In this document: in pieces, positions 49,315 through 58,588 of the stretch | How the letters are laid out: each line of letters starts with the position of its first letter | Position numbering within the stretch: position 1 is the first letter of the stretch | Origin: a virus | Virus record (IMG/VR): IMGVR_UViG_3300032294_002710 | Coordinates: 1-64,000 of that record | Length of the DNA stretch: 64,000 nt | Reading direction: 5' to 3' (one strand) | Notes under the pieces: generated by a model | What the model was told of the DNA's origin: nothing | The model's input: the letters and a program-made list of their open reading frames with translations, nothing else | Databases searched by the model: none | Made by a program: the position numbers and the translations under genes

Positions 49315-51045
49315 ATGTCACACATTAGAATAGACAAACAAAAAGCAGTCAAGAAGTGGTCTCCAGTTCTTGAAAACATGGGTGTTACTGGTGATAGAGT
49401 AGAATGGATGTCAGAATATGCTGAGTTCCACTCAATTAACGAGAACGCTTATGCTAACACAGCTATCGCTGGTATGGGAGCTGTTTTAAATCCAGTTATT
49501 GGTGCTAACACACCAGCTGGTGCTTTGACTACAGGTCAAGGTTTCGCTGGAGTTGCTGGTTCTGGAGATTTAGGTCAAAACCTTCTTCCAGTAGCTATGA
49601 AAATTGCAGCTCAAACAATAGGTCTTGACCTTGTTGCTGTTAAACCTTCTCCAGGTCCAAAAATCGATTTACTTTATATTGACTTTCAGTACGATGATAC
49701 TGATTTGACTTTTAACGGTAGACCACAAGTTTTCAAAGTTACTGCACTTAACGGTACTGCATGGTCAGCAGCTAACACTGCAACTGTAACAGCAGCTTTA
49801 TCAGCAGCTACTACATTGACTTCAGGTGGTCTTAGAGGTGGTAGATTATTCTGTACTGGCTCAACAACTGCTGGTGCTACTGGTGCTTTCACTACAACTG
49901 TACCAAGTGATAACGCTTCTAAAGCAGGTGTTCTTGAATTCTTAGGTTTCTCTCGTGTAGATGGTTACCCAATGTTCAGAGCATGGAGACAATCAAACTC
50001 TCAATCAACAGGTGGTGTTTTCAACTCATTACATGCTGGTTACCCATACACTTTTGACCAAACTCAAAACACATTTGGACCAACTGGTTCAATCGTTTCT
50101 CAATTGAACTTCATTGGTACAATCGTTGCATCAGCTTCTTCAGTTGATTTAGTATCAGCTCTTGAAGATCACCTTCCAGGTTTCTCAACTAACTGGACTT
50201 CTTCATCTGCTTCAGGTGATTATCCAATGAGTCGTCAAACTGATGATAATACTTATGCTGGTATTATCGGACCAAAAGTTTCTTCTAAAACTGTAGCTGT
50301 AGGTACTATTGAAGTATCAACTGCTCTTAGAAGAACAGAAATTGAAGATATCAAGGCTAACACAGGTATGGATATCGTTCAAAAGATGGAATCTATCCTT
50401 GTTAACGAATTGTCTCAGACAATCTCTAGACAAATTGTTGATAGAATCTTCTCATTAGGTACTGCTAACAGAAACACTTCTCCATTATCTTATGGTTGTG
50501 CTACTATCCAAGCTACTGCTTCTACAATCTTCGACCTTAACACAGTTTACGCTGGTTCAAGTATCGTTGGTGGTGAAACTACTCACGCTGTTCAACGTAA
50601 GTTGATCACTAAGATGGTTCACGCTTCTAACTACATTGCAACTGAAGGTCGTGTTGGTCCAGCTCAATTCGCTGTAACTAACGGAGGTCTTGCAGCAGCT
50701 CTTATGGATATCGCTGGTTATACAATTAACCCAGTTAAATCTAAGATTACTGGTCAAGGTCAATTATACCCAGTTGGTCAAATCGGTGATATTTCTATCT
50801 ATGTTGATCCTTATATGAAGTATAACGACAACAGAATCGTTCTTGGTAGAAAGAATAACCCAGATCAACCAGGTCTTATCTTCATTCCTTACTTGATGGC
50901 TCAGTCTATCAGTGTAATTTCTGAAGCGACTTTCGCACCAAGAATGTTGTTACGTTCAAGATACGCAATTGCAGATGTTGGATTCTTCCCAGAAAAACAA
51001 TATATGACAATTGTTGTTACAGACATTAACCAATTATTGAACTAA
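49315..51045 (+). CDS. Major capsid protein (T4 gp23-like)
   Basis: KWSPVLE, AQTIGLDLVAVKP, ELSQTISRQI, IYVDPY, FIPY, FAPRMLLRSRYA; strongly biased codon usage. Confidence 0.96.
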   Translation: MSHIRIDKQKAVKKWSPVLENMGVTGDRVEWMSEYAEFHSINENAYANTAIAGMGAVLNPVIGANTPAGALTTGQGFAGVAGSGDLGQNLLPVAMKIAAQTIGLDLVAVKPSPGPKIDLLYIDFQYDDTDLTFNGRPQVFKVTALNGTAWSAANTATVTAALSAATTLTSGGLRGGRLFCTGSTTAGATGAFTTTVPSDNASKAGVLEFLGFSRVDGYPMFRAWRQSNSQSTGGVFNSLHAGYPYTFDQTQNTFGPTGSIVSQLNFIGTIVASASSVDLVSALEDHLPGFSTNWTSSSASGDYPMSRQTDDNTYAGIIGPKVSSKTVAVGTIEVSTALRRTEIEDIKANTGMDIVQKMESILVNELSQTISRQIVDRIFSLGTANRNTSPLSYGCATIQATASTIFDLNTVYAGSSIVGGETTHAVQRKLITKMVHASNYIATEGRVGPAQFAVTNGGLAAALMDIAGYTINPVKSKITGQGQLYPVGQIGDISIYVDPYMKYNDNRIVLGRKNNPDQPGLIFIPYLMAQSISVISEATFAPRMLLRSRYAIADVGFFPEKQYMTIVVTDINQLLN

Positions 51046-51064
51046 TAATTAGTTTCATATTAAC

Positions 51065-51091
51065 AAAAACCCTCCAATTGGAGGGTTTTTT
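51065..51091 (+). terminator. Intrinsic terminator after capsid gene
   Basis: AAAACCCTCC-aatt-GGAGGGTTTTT. Confidence 0.85.
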
Positions 51092-51116
51092 GTTTTATAT
51101 AAGTAATATATAACAT

Positions 51117-51512
51117 ATGATAAATAAATACGAGAAGTTTTTAGAATCTAAAAAAGATAAATTTCCTAATATCCAGACAAAAAAATTAGATGATTTTAGT
51201 ATTTTAATAGGTAAAGATGCTGTATCAAATGATTTTTTGACAACTAATATGGCGAATGATGATGACTTGTGGTTTCATGCAGCTGGTGTTCCGGGAAGTC
51301 ATATTGTTATAAAGGTAAGTGATAAGTTACCTATGGAAAAACATATTGAAGAAGTCGCAAAGTTGGCGGCTAAAAACTCGAAAGCACCAAAAGGTGTTAA
51401 AGTTAAGGTAGTCTATTGTAAAGCTAAGTTTGTTAAGAAAAATTCAGATATGAAACCTGGTCAAGTTAGTGTAGATTATAAAAACGCTCAAGAAATAGTT
51501 GTAGAAAATTAA
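51117..51512 (+). CDS. Stand-alone NFACT-R RNA-binding domain protein (RqcH/NEMF C-terminal domain)
   Basis: ILIGKDAVSNDFLT, DLWFHAAGVPGSHIVI, AAKNSK, KPGQV. Confidence 0.88.
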   Translation: MINKYEKFLESKKDKFPNIQTKKLDDFSILIGKDAVSNDFLTTNMANDDDLWFHAAGVPGSHIVIKVSDKLPMEKHIEEVAKLAAKNSKAPKGVKVKVVYCKAKFVKKNSDMKPGQVSVDYKNAQEIVVEN

Positions 51513-51537
51513 TATATAACAAAACGAATTAAATTAT

Positions 51538-52896
51538 ATGGCAGATCCAATTATCTGGTTTAGTGATAAATTACATGATATAATAGATGATATAAATGGT
51601 CCAGTTGCTGAAGCAATGCTTAAGATGTTAGATGGAAACTATTTAACAAAAAATGAATTAAAAATTAAAAAAGTAGATGTTTCTGTTACCGATTGGAATT
51701 TTGATGTTACTGTTGGTAGTGATGGCCAAGTTCCTGTAAAGCAGCGAATGAAAGTTGGTAAGTTTATAAGACATTTCTTTGGTAGTACATTTACCGATAA
51801 ACAGATTTATGACTTTACAATGGCTTATAATAATTTGAAGAAGGGAATTCCTGCTTCTACTCAAACGGCTAAAGTTAGCTATAAAAAGGTAGAAGTTCCA
51901 GAATTTTCATATAATCCAAAAGATGTTAGATCTACATTTTTATCTCTAACAACTAAGACATATCCACACGGACATGAAGAAGAAGTTTTAAAGTTCTTAC
52001 CAAGCCTTGAAAAGGATCAGTTTGGAAATTATTATAAAATAATTGGCAAATCAGAAACAATGTTTACATCACACTTAGATACAGCTGATAGACAACAAAA
52101 AAATGTTAATGTCTATAGTACAATATTAGCAGATGGTGATGAAATGTTCGTTACTGATAATAAATCTATATTGGGTGCAGATGATAAATCAGGTGTATCT
52201 GTTATGTTGTATATGATGGCTCATAATATTCCAGGTGTTTACTACTTCTTTATTGGAGAAGAGAGAGGAGGAATAGGTTCGCATCAGGTTGCTGGTGTTT
52301 TTGAAACAGTTGAACATTTAAAAGGCATGAAGAGATGTGTATCTTTTGATAGAAGAAATTATTTTTCAATAATAACACATCAATTAGGTAGACAATGTTG
52401 TTCAGATCAGTTTGCTCAAGCTTTAGCAAACGAATTGAATAAAGGTGGATTATCCATCGCTTTAGATCCAACAGGTGTTTATACTGACTCCGCTTCTTTT
52501 ATAGATGAGATACCAGAGTGTACGAATATCTCAGTTGGATATTTTTCAGAACATACTGATAGAGAAAGTCAAAACATTTCATATTTAGAAAGATTAGCAA
52601 AATCTTGTCTAAATGTTAAATGGGAAGAACTTCCAACTGTTAAAAAAGTTGGATTTGATGAGGAAATAATGAGAAAGTATAAGCCATTTATTTCAGATTT
52701 TAAATCAACTATATTTAATCTTGAAACAAAGATGGTTAGTGAGTATGGAAGAGCATTTATTAAAATTGATGTTGATGATCCAGATCCTGCTATTGTTTTT
52801 CAAGATTTAAAATCAGTAGAATCATTATTATCTAAGCATAAAATGGATCCAGATATTCAATTTGATGATAATTATATAAAAATAGAACTAAAATAA
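51538..52896 (+). CDS. M28/M20-family zinc peptidase with N-terminal extra domain
   Basis: SHLDT, LGADDKSG, GEERGGIGS, SFDRR, TNISVGYFSEH. Confidence 0.85.
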   Translation: MADPIIWFSDKLHDIIDDINGPVAEAMLKMLDGNYLTKNELKIKKVDVSVTDWNFDVTVGSDGQVPVKQRMKVGKFIRHFFGSTFTDKQIYDFTMAYNNLKKGIPASTQTAKVSYKKVEVPEFSYNPKDVRSTFLSLTTKTYPHGHEEEVLKFLPSLEKDQFGNYYKIIGKSETMFTSHLDTADRQQKNVNVYSTILADGDEMFVTDNKSILGADDKSGVSVMLYMMAHNIPGVYYFFIGEERGGIGSHQVAGVFETVEHLKGMKRCVSFDRRNYFSIITHQLGRQCCSDQFAQALANELNKGGLSIALDPTGVYTDSASFIDEIPECTNISVGYFSEHTDRESQNISYLERLAKSCLNVKWEELPTVKKVGFDEEIMRKYKPFISDFKSTIFNLETKMVSEYGRAFIKIDVDDPDPAIVFQDLKSVESLLSKHKMDPDIQFDDNYIKIELK

Positions 52897-53363
52897 TGAT
52901 AAAGAATGTTAAATTACAAAATATAATTCTTGAAACAAACAGAACTTTTCAAGACGGATATGAAGACGACTATGAGGATGACTATTTTGATCAGTATGGT
53001 AAAGAAGACTTTATTGATGATGATGAGATATCTGAAGAGGAAGAAGAGGATAATCTTGGTTATCTTATAAGAACATTTTTAAGTGCTAGAGGAATTCGTT
53101 CCTATGTTGAAACTGATGGTAAGGATGTTATTATATATGTTTATTTAAATAAAAAAGAGAAAATAAAAAATCTAACTAAAATTTTTGACGTTGTAGTTAA
53201 TAATATGAAGGTACAAATGTTTGAAGATTATGATTTAGAAACTGAGTTGTATGAAACAAAAGAAGGTGAGCATATATTCTCTTTTACTTTCTATGCTGAT
53301 GGAAGTATAGATAAAGATGATTATTCGGATCAAGAAGATTTTACTTCAAGGATACCTTTTTAA
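52896..53363 (+). CDS. Acidic hypothetical protein
   Basis: Asp/Glu-rich N-terminal third; coupled to the upstream stop. Confidence 0.55.
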   Translation: MIKNVKLQNIILETNRTFQDGYEDDYEDDYFDQYGKEDFIDDDEISEEEEEDNLGYLIRTFLSARGIRSYVETDGKDVIIYVYLNKKEKIKNLTKIFDVVVNNMKVQMFEDYDLETELYETKEGEHIFSFTFYADGSIDKDDYSDQEDFTSRIPF

Positions 53364-53380
53364 AAATAGAAAATAAACTA

Positions 53381-53412
53381 TTTGGTGGTTTAATATATAA
53401 TGTGTATATTTG
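53381..53412 (+). promoter_or_regulatory. Composite promoter: Bacteroidota sigma-70 type (TTTG-N20-TATATTTG) with nested AATATATA late motif
   Basis: TTTG at 53381-84, TATATTTG at 53405-12 and AATATATA at 53392-99, upstream of the tmRNA. Confidence 0.65.
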
Positions 53413-53425
53413 TTAAATCTTATTC

Positions 53426-53796
53426 GGGGATGATATGAATTGATTCGCAGAGTAGAGATGATTAAGCAGGCATCGGTTTGGTAAAGTCCGATTAAAATAA
53501 ATTATCAAAATCGTAAACGGAAACGTTACAAATGAAGTAGGAACCAGTGAAGATTTAGTAGCTGCTCTACAAAACAACTTGCTCACTGTGAATGAGCTTG
53601 AAGTAGCCTAATCTTAGGATACATTCTAAAAATTCACACTGAATCACAACAGTATAAATAGTGATAGTTTTTTGTTAGAGTGTTTTTGAGTCGAAACAAC
53701 TATCTATTTTGTAAGTTACAGAAAAACTTTCTAAGCTTGTGAACGATTAACCGTTTTTAACTGAGGAAGACTCCGGTTCGTTACCGGACATCTCCA
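53426..53796 (+). ncRNA. ssrA: tmRNA (transfer-messenger RNA)
   Basis: 5' GGGGATG pairs with 3' CATCTCC-A, giving the G3.U Ala identity pair. T-arm TCCGG-TTCGTTA-CCGGA. Internal tag ORF 53519-53611. About 371 nt; CCA is not encoded (CTA follows). Confidence 0.9.
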
Positions 53797-53827
53797 CTAA
53801 CCACTCCAAAGATAGTATTTTTGGACT

Positions 53828-53857
53828 GACACCAACTCAAAAGGTTGGTGTTTCTTT
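53828..53857. terminator. Intrinsic terminator
   Basis: ACACCAAC-tcaaaag-GTTGGTGT followed by a T-rich tract. Confidence 0.65.
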
Positions 53858-54211
53858 TTATACAATATTGATTTGAATTTTATTTTCTTGGCCACAATCC
53901 CAAATGTTTATAACTTTACATTTTTTATTTAGAGCCTTTTCTATTCTTTCTAAGACTTCTAAAATAGATTTTATTAATTCTAATTTTAGCTTTGAGTATT
54001 CAATTGAATATATGTCTCCCGATATTAATTTGTAGGTATTTATCATTAATGATATCCCTTTTACACTCTTATCAAGAGAGTTGAATGGATATAATTCACC
54101 AGTAATTTCGGGGTAATCATCTTTTAGTTCTTTTAAAATATCTTTAATTTCTGAAATGTCATTTTGATAATCCTCATATTCTGAGTTTTCAAATTTTTTA
54201 AGGTGTCTCAT
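53858..54211 (-). CDS. Hypothetical protein with capsid-targeting-like peptide
   Basis: MRHLKKFENS. Confidence 0.6.
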   Translation of the reverse strand: MRHLKKFENSEYEDYQNDISEIKDILKELKDDYPEITGELYPFNSLDKSVKGISLMINTYKLISGDIYSIEYSKLKLELIKSILEVLERIEKALNKKCKVINIWDCGQENKIQINIV

Positions 54212-54242
54212 AAACTTATATATTAATAAACATATATTAATT

Positions 54243-54743
54243 ATGATAAACTCTTTTACAGGAAGATATAGATTTCTTTCAAATTTCTATCCAGTTGAAA
54301 TAGAACACCAAGGTATTAAATACCCATCAGTTGAACATTATTATGTTGCTATGAAGATTAAAAATGATCAACAAATTGATGGTAAATTTATAACCATGAT
54401 AGATTGTAGAGAAATGATTGCTAAAATACCCGATGCTGGTAAAGCGAAACAATTTGGTAAATTTCTTAAATTGAGAAAAGATTGGGAAGATGTCAAATTA
54501 GATGTTATGCTTTGGGGAATTAGAGAAAAGTTTAAAAATGAAGAACTTAAACAATTGTTAAATGAAACAGGAGATGAGGAATTAGTTGAAGGTAATTTTT
54601 GGGGTGATAAATTTTGGGGCGTTAGTTCTGGTGAAGGTGAGAATCATCTTGGTAAAATTTTAATGAGAGTTAGAGAAGAGGTTAGACAAGTAAATAAGAA
54701 GCCCTCACTTGAAGAGTTTCTAAAAAATAGAAATAAAGAATGA
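54243..54743 (+). CDS. NADAR (YbiA-like) family protein
   Basis: FLSNFY, SVEHYY.AMK, KF, LVEGNFWGDKFWG, GENHLGKILM.VR. Confidence 0.92.
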   Translation: MINSFTGRYRFLSNFYPVEIEHQGIKYPSVEHYYVAMKIKNDQQIDGKFITMIDCREMIAKIPDAGKAKQFGKFLKLRKDWEDVKLDVMLWGIREKFKNEELKQLLNETGDEELVEGNFWGDKFWGVSSGEGENHLGKILMRVREEVRQVNKKPSLEEFLKNRNKE

Positions 54744-55693
54744 GTATTATAAGTTATTTTGGAGGTAAATCCTCTAACACATTTATTGATTTTATCAATA
54801 AACAAATTCCAAAAGATGGTTCTGTAAAAACCTATTTAGAACCGTTCTCTGGTTCTATGGGGACTTATATGGATGATGATAATATGACATTTGATACTGT
54901 CATCTATAATGATAAAAATCGTCACCAGGTGAATCTTTTTAAGTGTTGTTCAGAACCTGAAAAATTTGTTACATATTTAGAAAATTTATCAAAACCATTT
55001 AATCTACTTTATACAGATTTAAAAGATCCATTAAAGAAATGGGATTTCTATAAAGGTATCTATAAAGAGTATATTAAAAACTCATTTTTAGATGATATGA
55101 ATTTTGAAATTGGTGATTTTGAAAAGGCTGCTATTTATGCTTTTCTTATCACATCGGCTCATAATTCTGTTTATCCAAGAGGAGCTGGGTTTAATGGATA
55201 TAAGAAAGATAAAGATAGATTGAAGTTAGAAGTTTTAATTAAGAAGTTGAAACAAAACACATATACTAAAAAACTGCAATCAATTACAGAGTTCAATAAT
55301 ATCGACTTTGAAGAACTTATTTTAAAATATGATTCTGAAGACACTTATCTTTATTTAGATCCACCATATGCTCGTTTTGATGAGACTAAGGGAGAAGATG
55401 ATGCTAAAAGATTGTTTTGGTATGGCGCTGATAAAGATGGTGTTTTTGGACCGGCTTCTCATAGAAGATTATTGGAATTATTAAAGACAACTAAATGTAG
55501 ATGGTCACTTTCATACTATTATTTTCCACTTTTAGAGGAATTATTACCAAGAGACAAATATCGTTGGACACAAAAAGAAGTTTTTAGAAGCTCTGCACAA
55601 GGTGGTAATAATTCAGATCTTAAAAAAGAACAGGCTAAAGGTGTTGAATTACTTATCATGAACTATGATGAGAATTTTAAAAAATTAAGTTAA
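54740..55693 (+). CDS. DNA adenine methyltransferase (Dam/D12 class)
   Basis: YFGGKS, EPFSGS, YND, YLDPPY, ELLIMNY. Confidence 0.9.
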   Translation: MSIISYFGGKSSNTFIDFINKQIPKDGSVKTYLEPFSGSMGTYMDDDNMTFDTVIYNDKNRHQVNLFKCCSEPEKFVTYLENLSKPFNLLYTDLKDPLKKWDFYKGIYKEYIKNSFLDDMNFEIGDFEKAAIYAFLITSAHNSVYPRGAGFNGYKKDKDRLKLEVLIKKLKQNTYTKKLQSITEFNNIDFEELILKYDSEDTYLYLDPPYARFDETKGEDDAKRLFWYGADKDGVFGPASHRRLLELLKTTKCRWSLSYYYFPLLEELLPRDKYRWTQKEVFRSSAQGGNNSDLKKEQAKGVELLIMNYDENFKKLS

Positions 55694-55697
55694 TTAA

Positions 55698-56447
55698 ATG
55701 GACTTTCAAGGATATTTTAATACCGTTTTTAAAAATGTAAAATTTGAAGGATTAGAAAATTTTAATCTATCATCATTTGATCTTTATGAAAAAAGTTCAA
55801 TACAAATTTCTTTACCACCATCTGTGTCTGAGAATGAGGAGTTTTATTTAAACTCTCTATTTGAGACTATTAGAAATCAGATCTCATTAGATGCTCAAAA
55901 AAGGATTTTAGAATCTATTCATAAAAATCCATCAATGTATTTTATTGATATTATGAATTCGCAAGAGAAGTCTAAAAGTAATTTACTTACAGACTATGAT
56001 ACACATGTGTCTTTAGTTAGAGGAATAACATCTCAAATATTGAGACTTAATATTAAAAATATAGTTTCTAATGGTAAGATTCTATCTGAGTATATTGTAG
56101 ATTCTCCGGCTTTTTCACAAGAACCATTAAGTAATAAATTATCAACATCTAATACATTTACTAAGTATGGTAAATTAATTAATATTAATGTCTATATGGA
56201 TTCATTTATGAAATGGAATGATGATTTTATACTTTCTTATGATGATATCTATTATCATATAAAAGATCTGAGTCTTGATATTATTAGTGATTCAAGATTT
56301 GCTCCTCTTTTAAAGGTTAGTTTTAATTTTGCATTTAGAGTAGATAATCCGGGTAAAATATGGGTAATTGATAGTATTAGTTCTGGCGGTTATGTTCATT
56401 ATAAGTCAACTTTAAGAGATAAAAAGATTGATAGTCTATTGGATTAG
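55698..56447 (+). CDS. Truncated major-capsid-protein paralogue
   Basis: Colinear with the C-terminal part of the capsid protein at 49315-51045: IVSNG/AVTNG, INVYMDSFMKWND/ISIYVDPYMKYND, IISDSRFAP/VISEATFAP. Confidence 0.7.
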   Translation: MDFQGYFNTVFKNVKFEGLENFNLSSFDLYEKSSIQISLPPSVSENEEFYLNSLFETIRNQISLDAQKRILESIHKNPSMYFIDIMNSQEKSKSNLLTDYDTHVSLVRGITSQILRLNIKNIVSNGKILSEYIVDSPAFSQEPLSNKLSTSNTFTKYGKLININVYMDSFMKWNDDFILSYDDIYYHIKDLSLDIISDSRFAPLLKVSFNFAFRVDNPGKIWVIDSISSGGYVHYKSTLRDKKIDSLLD

Positions 56448-56496
56448 CAATATTCTTATTTTTAGAATTAATATATAAAAAAATAAAATTACTAAA

Positions 56497-56784
56497 ATGA
56501 TAATTAAGAAGTTTAACGAGTCACAAGATAGTGGAAATGAACTCGAAATGTATTTAGCAGATCTAAAAAAATTAGGATTTGAGGTTAAATATCGTGTTTT
56601 ACAAGGACTTAATGGCACATCAATAAGAGCTACTAAAAGAGATTGTGATTTTAATGCATCTGTTGATGCTTATAAATCTTTATATAACAAATTAGAAAGT
56701 AGTGATAAATATAGTTTTATAAATAATTCTATTAATTTTAATTATGGAACATGCCGTATCTCAATGGATATGAAAAATAAATAA
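56497..56784 (+). CDS. Small protein with capsid-targeting-like peptide
   Basis: MIIKKFNES. Confidence 0.6.
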   Translation: MIIKKFNESQDSGNELEMYLADLKKLGFEVKYRVLQGLNGTSIRATKRDCDFNASVDAYKSLYNKLESSDKYSFINNSINFNYGTCRISMDMKNK

Positions 56785-56810
56785 CCACCTTAGAGTTTTA
56801 TTACTAAATA

Positions 56811-56842
56811 TAAAAAAAGGGAGATGAAAATCTCCCTTTTTT
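56811..56842. terminator. Bidirectional intrinsic terminator
   Basis: AAAAAAGGGAGAT-gaaa-ATCTCCCTTTTTT. Confidence 0.8.
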
Positions 56843-56865
56843 GTATAATAACTTTGTATTTAATA

Positions 56866-57312
56866 TTAGAATCCATTTTCATTTAAAGCCTCTTGTATTG
56901 CAGCTCTAAGAGATGCATGGTGATCATTATCACCTTCATCAAATCCAATTGATTTATCATTGTTTATATCATCGATAAATTCTTGTATAGCCACTTTTAG
57001 AGTTTCTGAGAACTTCTCATAGGCTACAGACTCTTTGATACCACTAAGTACACTTTCCTCAATATGTGATTCCTCGATTGCGTCAATTTTATCTTCGATA
57101 TATCCAGGATTTAAATAATCTATTTTATGAGTTACTTTATTATACTTAGCTCTTGGATTACCAATTAGTTGTTGTCTTTCAGAATTTGGCTTATTCTGTC
57201 TTTTAATTTTCTTTAATTCTGCTTCTTCAGCGTCTTTATTGAAGTCTTTAAAATTAACTACTTTTCTGTTAACATTAAATGTTGGTGTATTATCTTTGTA
57301 AGTCATAATCAA
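56866..57312 (-). CDS. Hypothetical late protein
   Basis: 148 aa; late motif upstream; repeated IEES/IKES. Confidence 0.55.
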   Translation of the reverse strand: MIMTYKDNTPTFNVNRKVVNFKDFNKDAEEAELKKIKRQNKPNSERQQLIGNPRAKYNKVTHKIDYLNPGYIEDKIDAIEESHIEESVLSGIKESVAYEKFSETLKVAIQEFIDDINNDKSIGFDEGDNDHHASLRAAIQEALNENGF

Positions 57313-57351
57313 TATTAGATTTTTTTATATATTAAATTTTAATACTATTTT

Positions 57352-58557
57352 TTAATAGTCATCATCTTCCCAATGTTCATCATCATCTCCATCACCGTCA
57401 TCATCCCATATTATAGTTTCACATCCTGTGAAGCTACTATTGCTTATTTTTCCAGTATTTCTATCCCAGTATCTCATAGTGTCAACTGATGGGTATGAAT
57501 CATATCCACTTGGTTTTACTTTTGTATAGGCTACCCAGGTATCTCTATGTGATTCTTCTCTTACAATGAATCCTTTAGCTTTTGCATACTCTTTAAATAC
57601 ATTTTTATCAGAGTCTTTACTCACATATATGTAGTCCATTAGTTTTTTACCATCTTCTAAGTTCCAAAGTAGTGCACGACCAATAATTTTATTAGGTTGA
57701 TCAAATGATTTAAGTATTAATAGACTAACAGTATCTGGATTGTCGATATAGATTTCCAACCAATCTCTTCTACCAACTGCCTGACAAGATGATCCTAAAT
57801 TACCCATTCTTGGGAACTCATAATTTTCTCTTTTATACCAGAAGTATAGTTCCTCACCGTTTACTATTTCAAATCTTGAGAAAACATCGTTCATAACTGA
57901 TAATATTCCTCTAAATTCGTTTACAAAAACCTCGATTTCAGCATCTGTAAACTTTAAACTCTTCGCATTTAATAGTGATCTAATGGCTCTACCAACTCTA
58001 ATTTCTTGTCTACTAGTTGTGAATATTTTTTTCTTAATTTCTTCACGAGCATCTTTTAACCTTTCTGCATTATACACACCTTCACCATTTTCAAACTTAA
58101 CATAACACCAGGTTTTATTAGTTTTAACTGATAGCCATTTTGAAATAACTTCACCGACTTCTGTTCTATTTGGTTGGTATACCGGTGTTCCGATTGGTGG
58201 CGCCTCATATCCAAGTCTTTTGAAAATATTTTGATTACCTTCTGTGTTTGTTAACCAAGCTCCTCTATTTCCTGTCCAATTTACTAATTCTTTATCATTT
58301 CTTAAAAGTGCTTGAGCTGCTCTATCATTCGTAAATGTTACTATATTATCATTATCTATTTTAACATCAAAGAAGTTAGCTGTTACATCCAAATCTTGAT
58401 TTTCGATTTCTATTAGAGATTTAGCGATGTTGTTATCTTTCATTTTAGAAAGTACATTCTTAAACTTAGGCGAGTAAACAACATTCGACTCAAGAAGTAA
58501 ATTTTCTAATAGTATTCTTTCGGATATAAATTCTCTGTATTCTAAAACTAATTTCAT
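57352..58557 (-). CDS. Phage protein of the 'LGSSC..RALLW..MD.IY..YP..DT' family with capsid-targeting-like peptide
   Basis: GNLGSSCQ, IGRALLW, LMDYIY and YPSVDT motifs; N-terminus MKLVLEYREFISE. Confidence 0.6.
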   Translation of the reverse strand: MKLVLEYREFISERILLENLLLESNVVYSPKFKNVLSKMKDNNIAKSLIEIENQDLDVTANFFDVKIDNDNIVTFTNDRAAQALLRNDKELVNWTGNRGAWLTNTEGNQNIFKRLGYEAPPIGTPVYQPNRTEVGEVISKWLSVKTNKTWCYVKFENGEGVYNAERLKDAREEIKKKIFTTSRQEIRVGRAIRSLLNAKSLKFTDAEIEVFVNEFRGILSVMNDVFSRFEIVNGEELYFWYKRENYEFPRMGNLGSSCQAVGRRDWLEIYIDNPDTVSLLILKSFDQPNKIIGRALLWNLEDGKKLMDYIYVSKDSDKNVFKEYAKAKGFIVREESHRDTWVAYTKVKPSGYDSYPSVDTMRYWDRNTGKISNSSFTGCETIIWDDDGDGDDDEHWEDDDY

Positions 58558-58588
58558 ATAGATATATATTATTTTTATATTTGCATTT

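Noticed and set aside
53766-53796. Stand-alone tRNA
   Set aside because: The T-arm and acceptor half pair with GGGGATG about 370 nt upstream and there is no anticodon arm, so this is the tmRNA 3' end.
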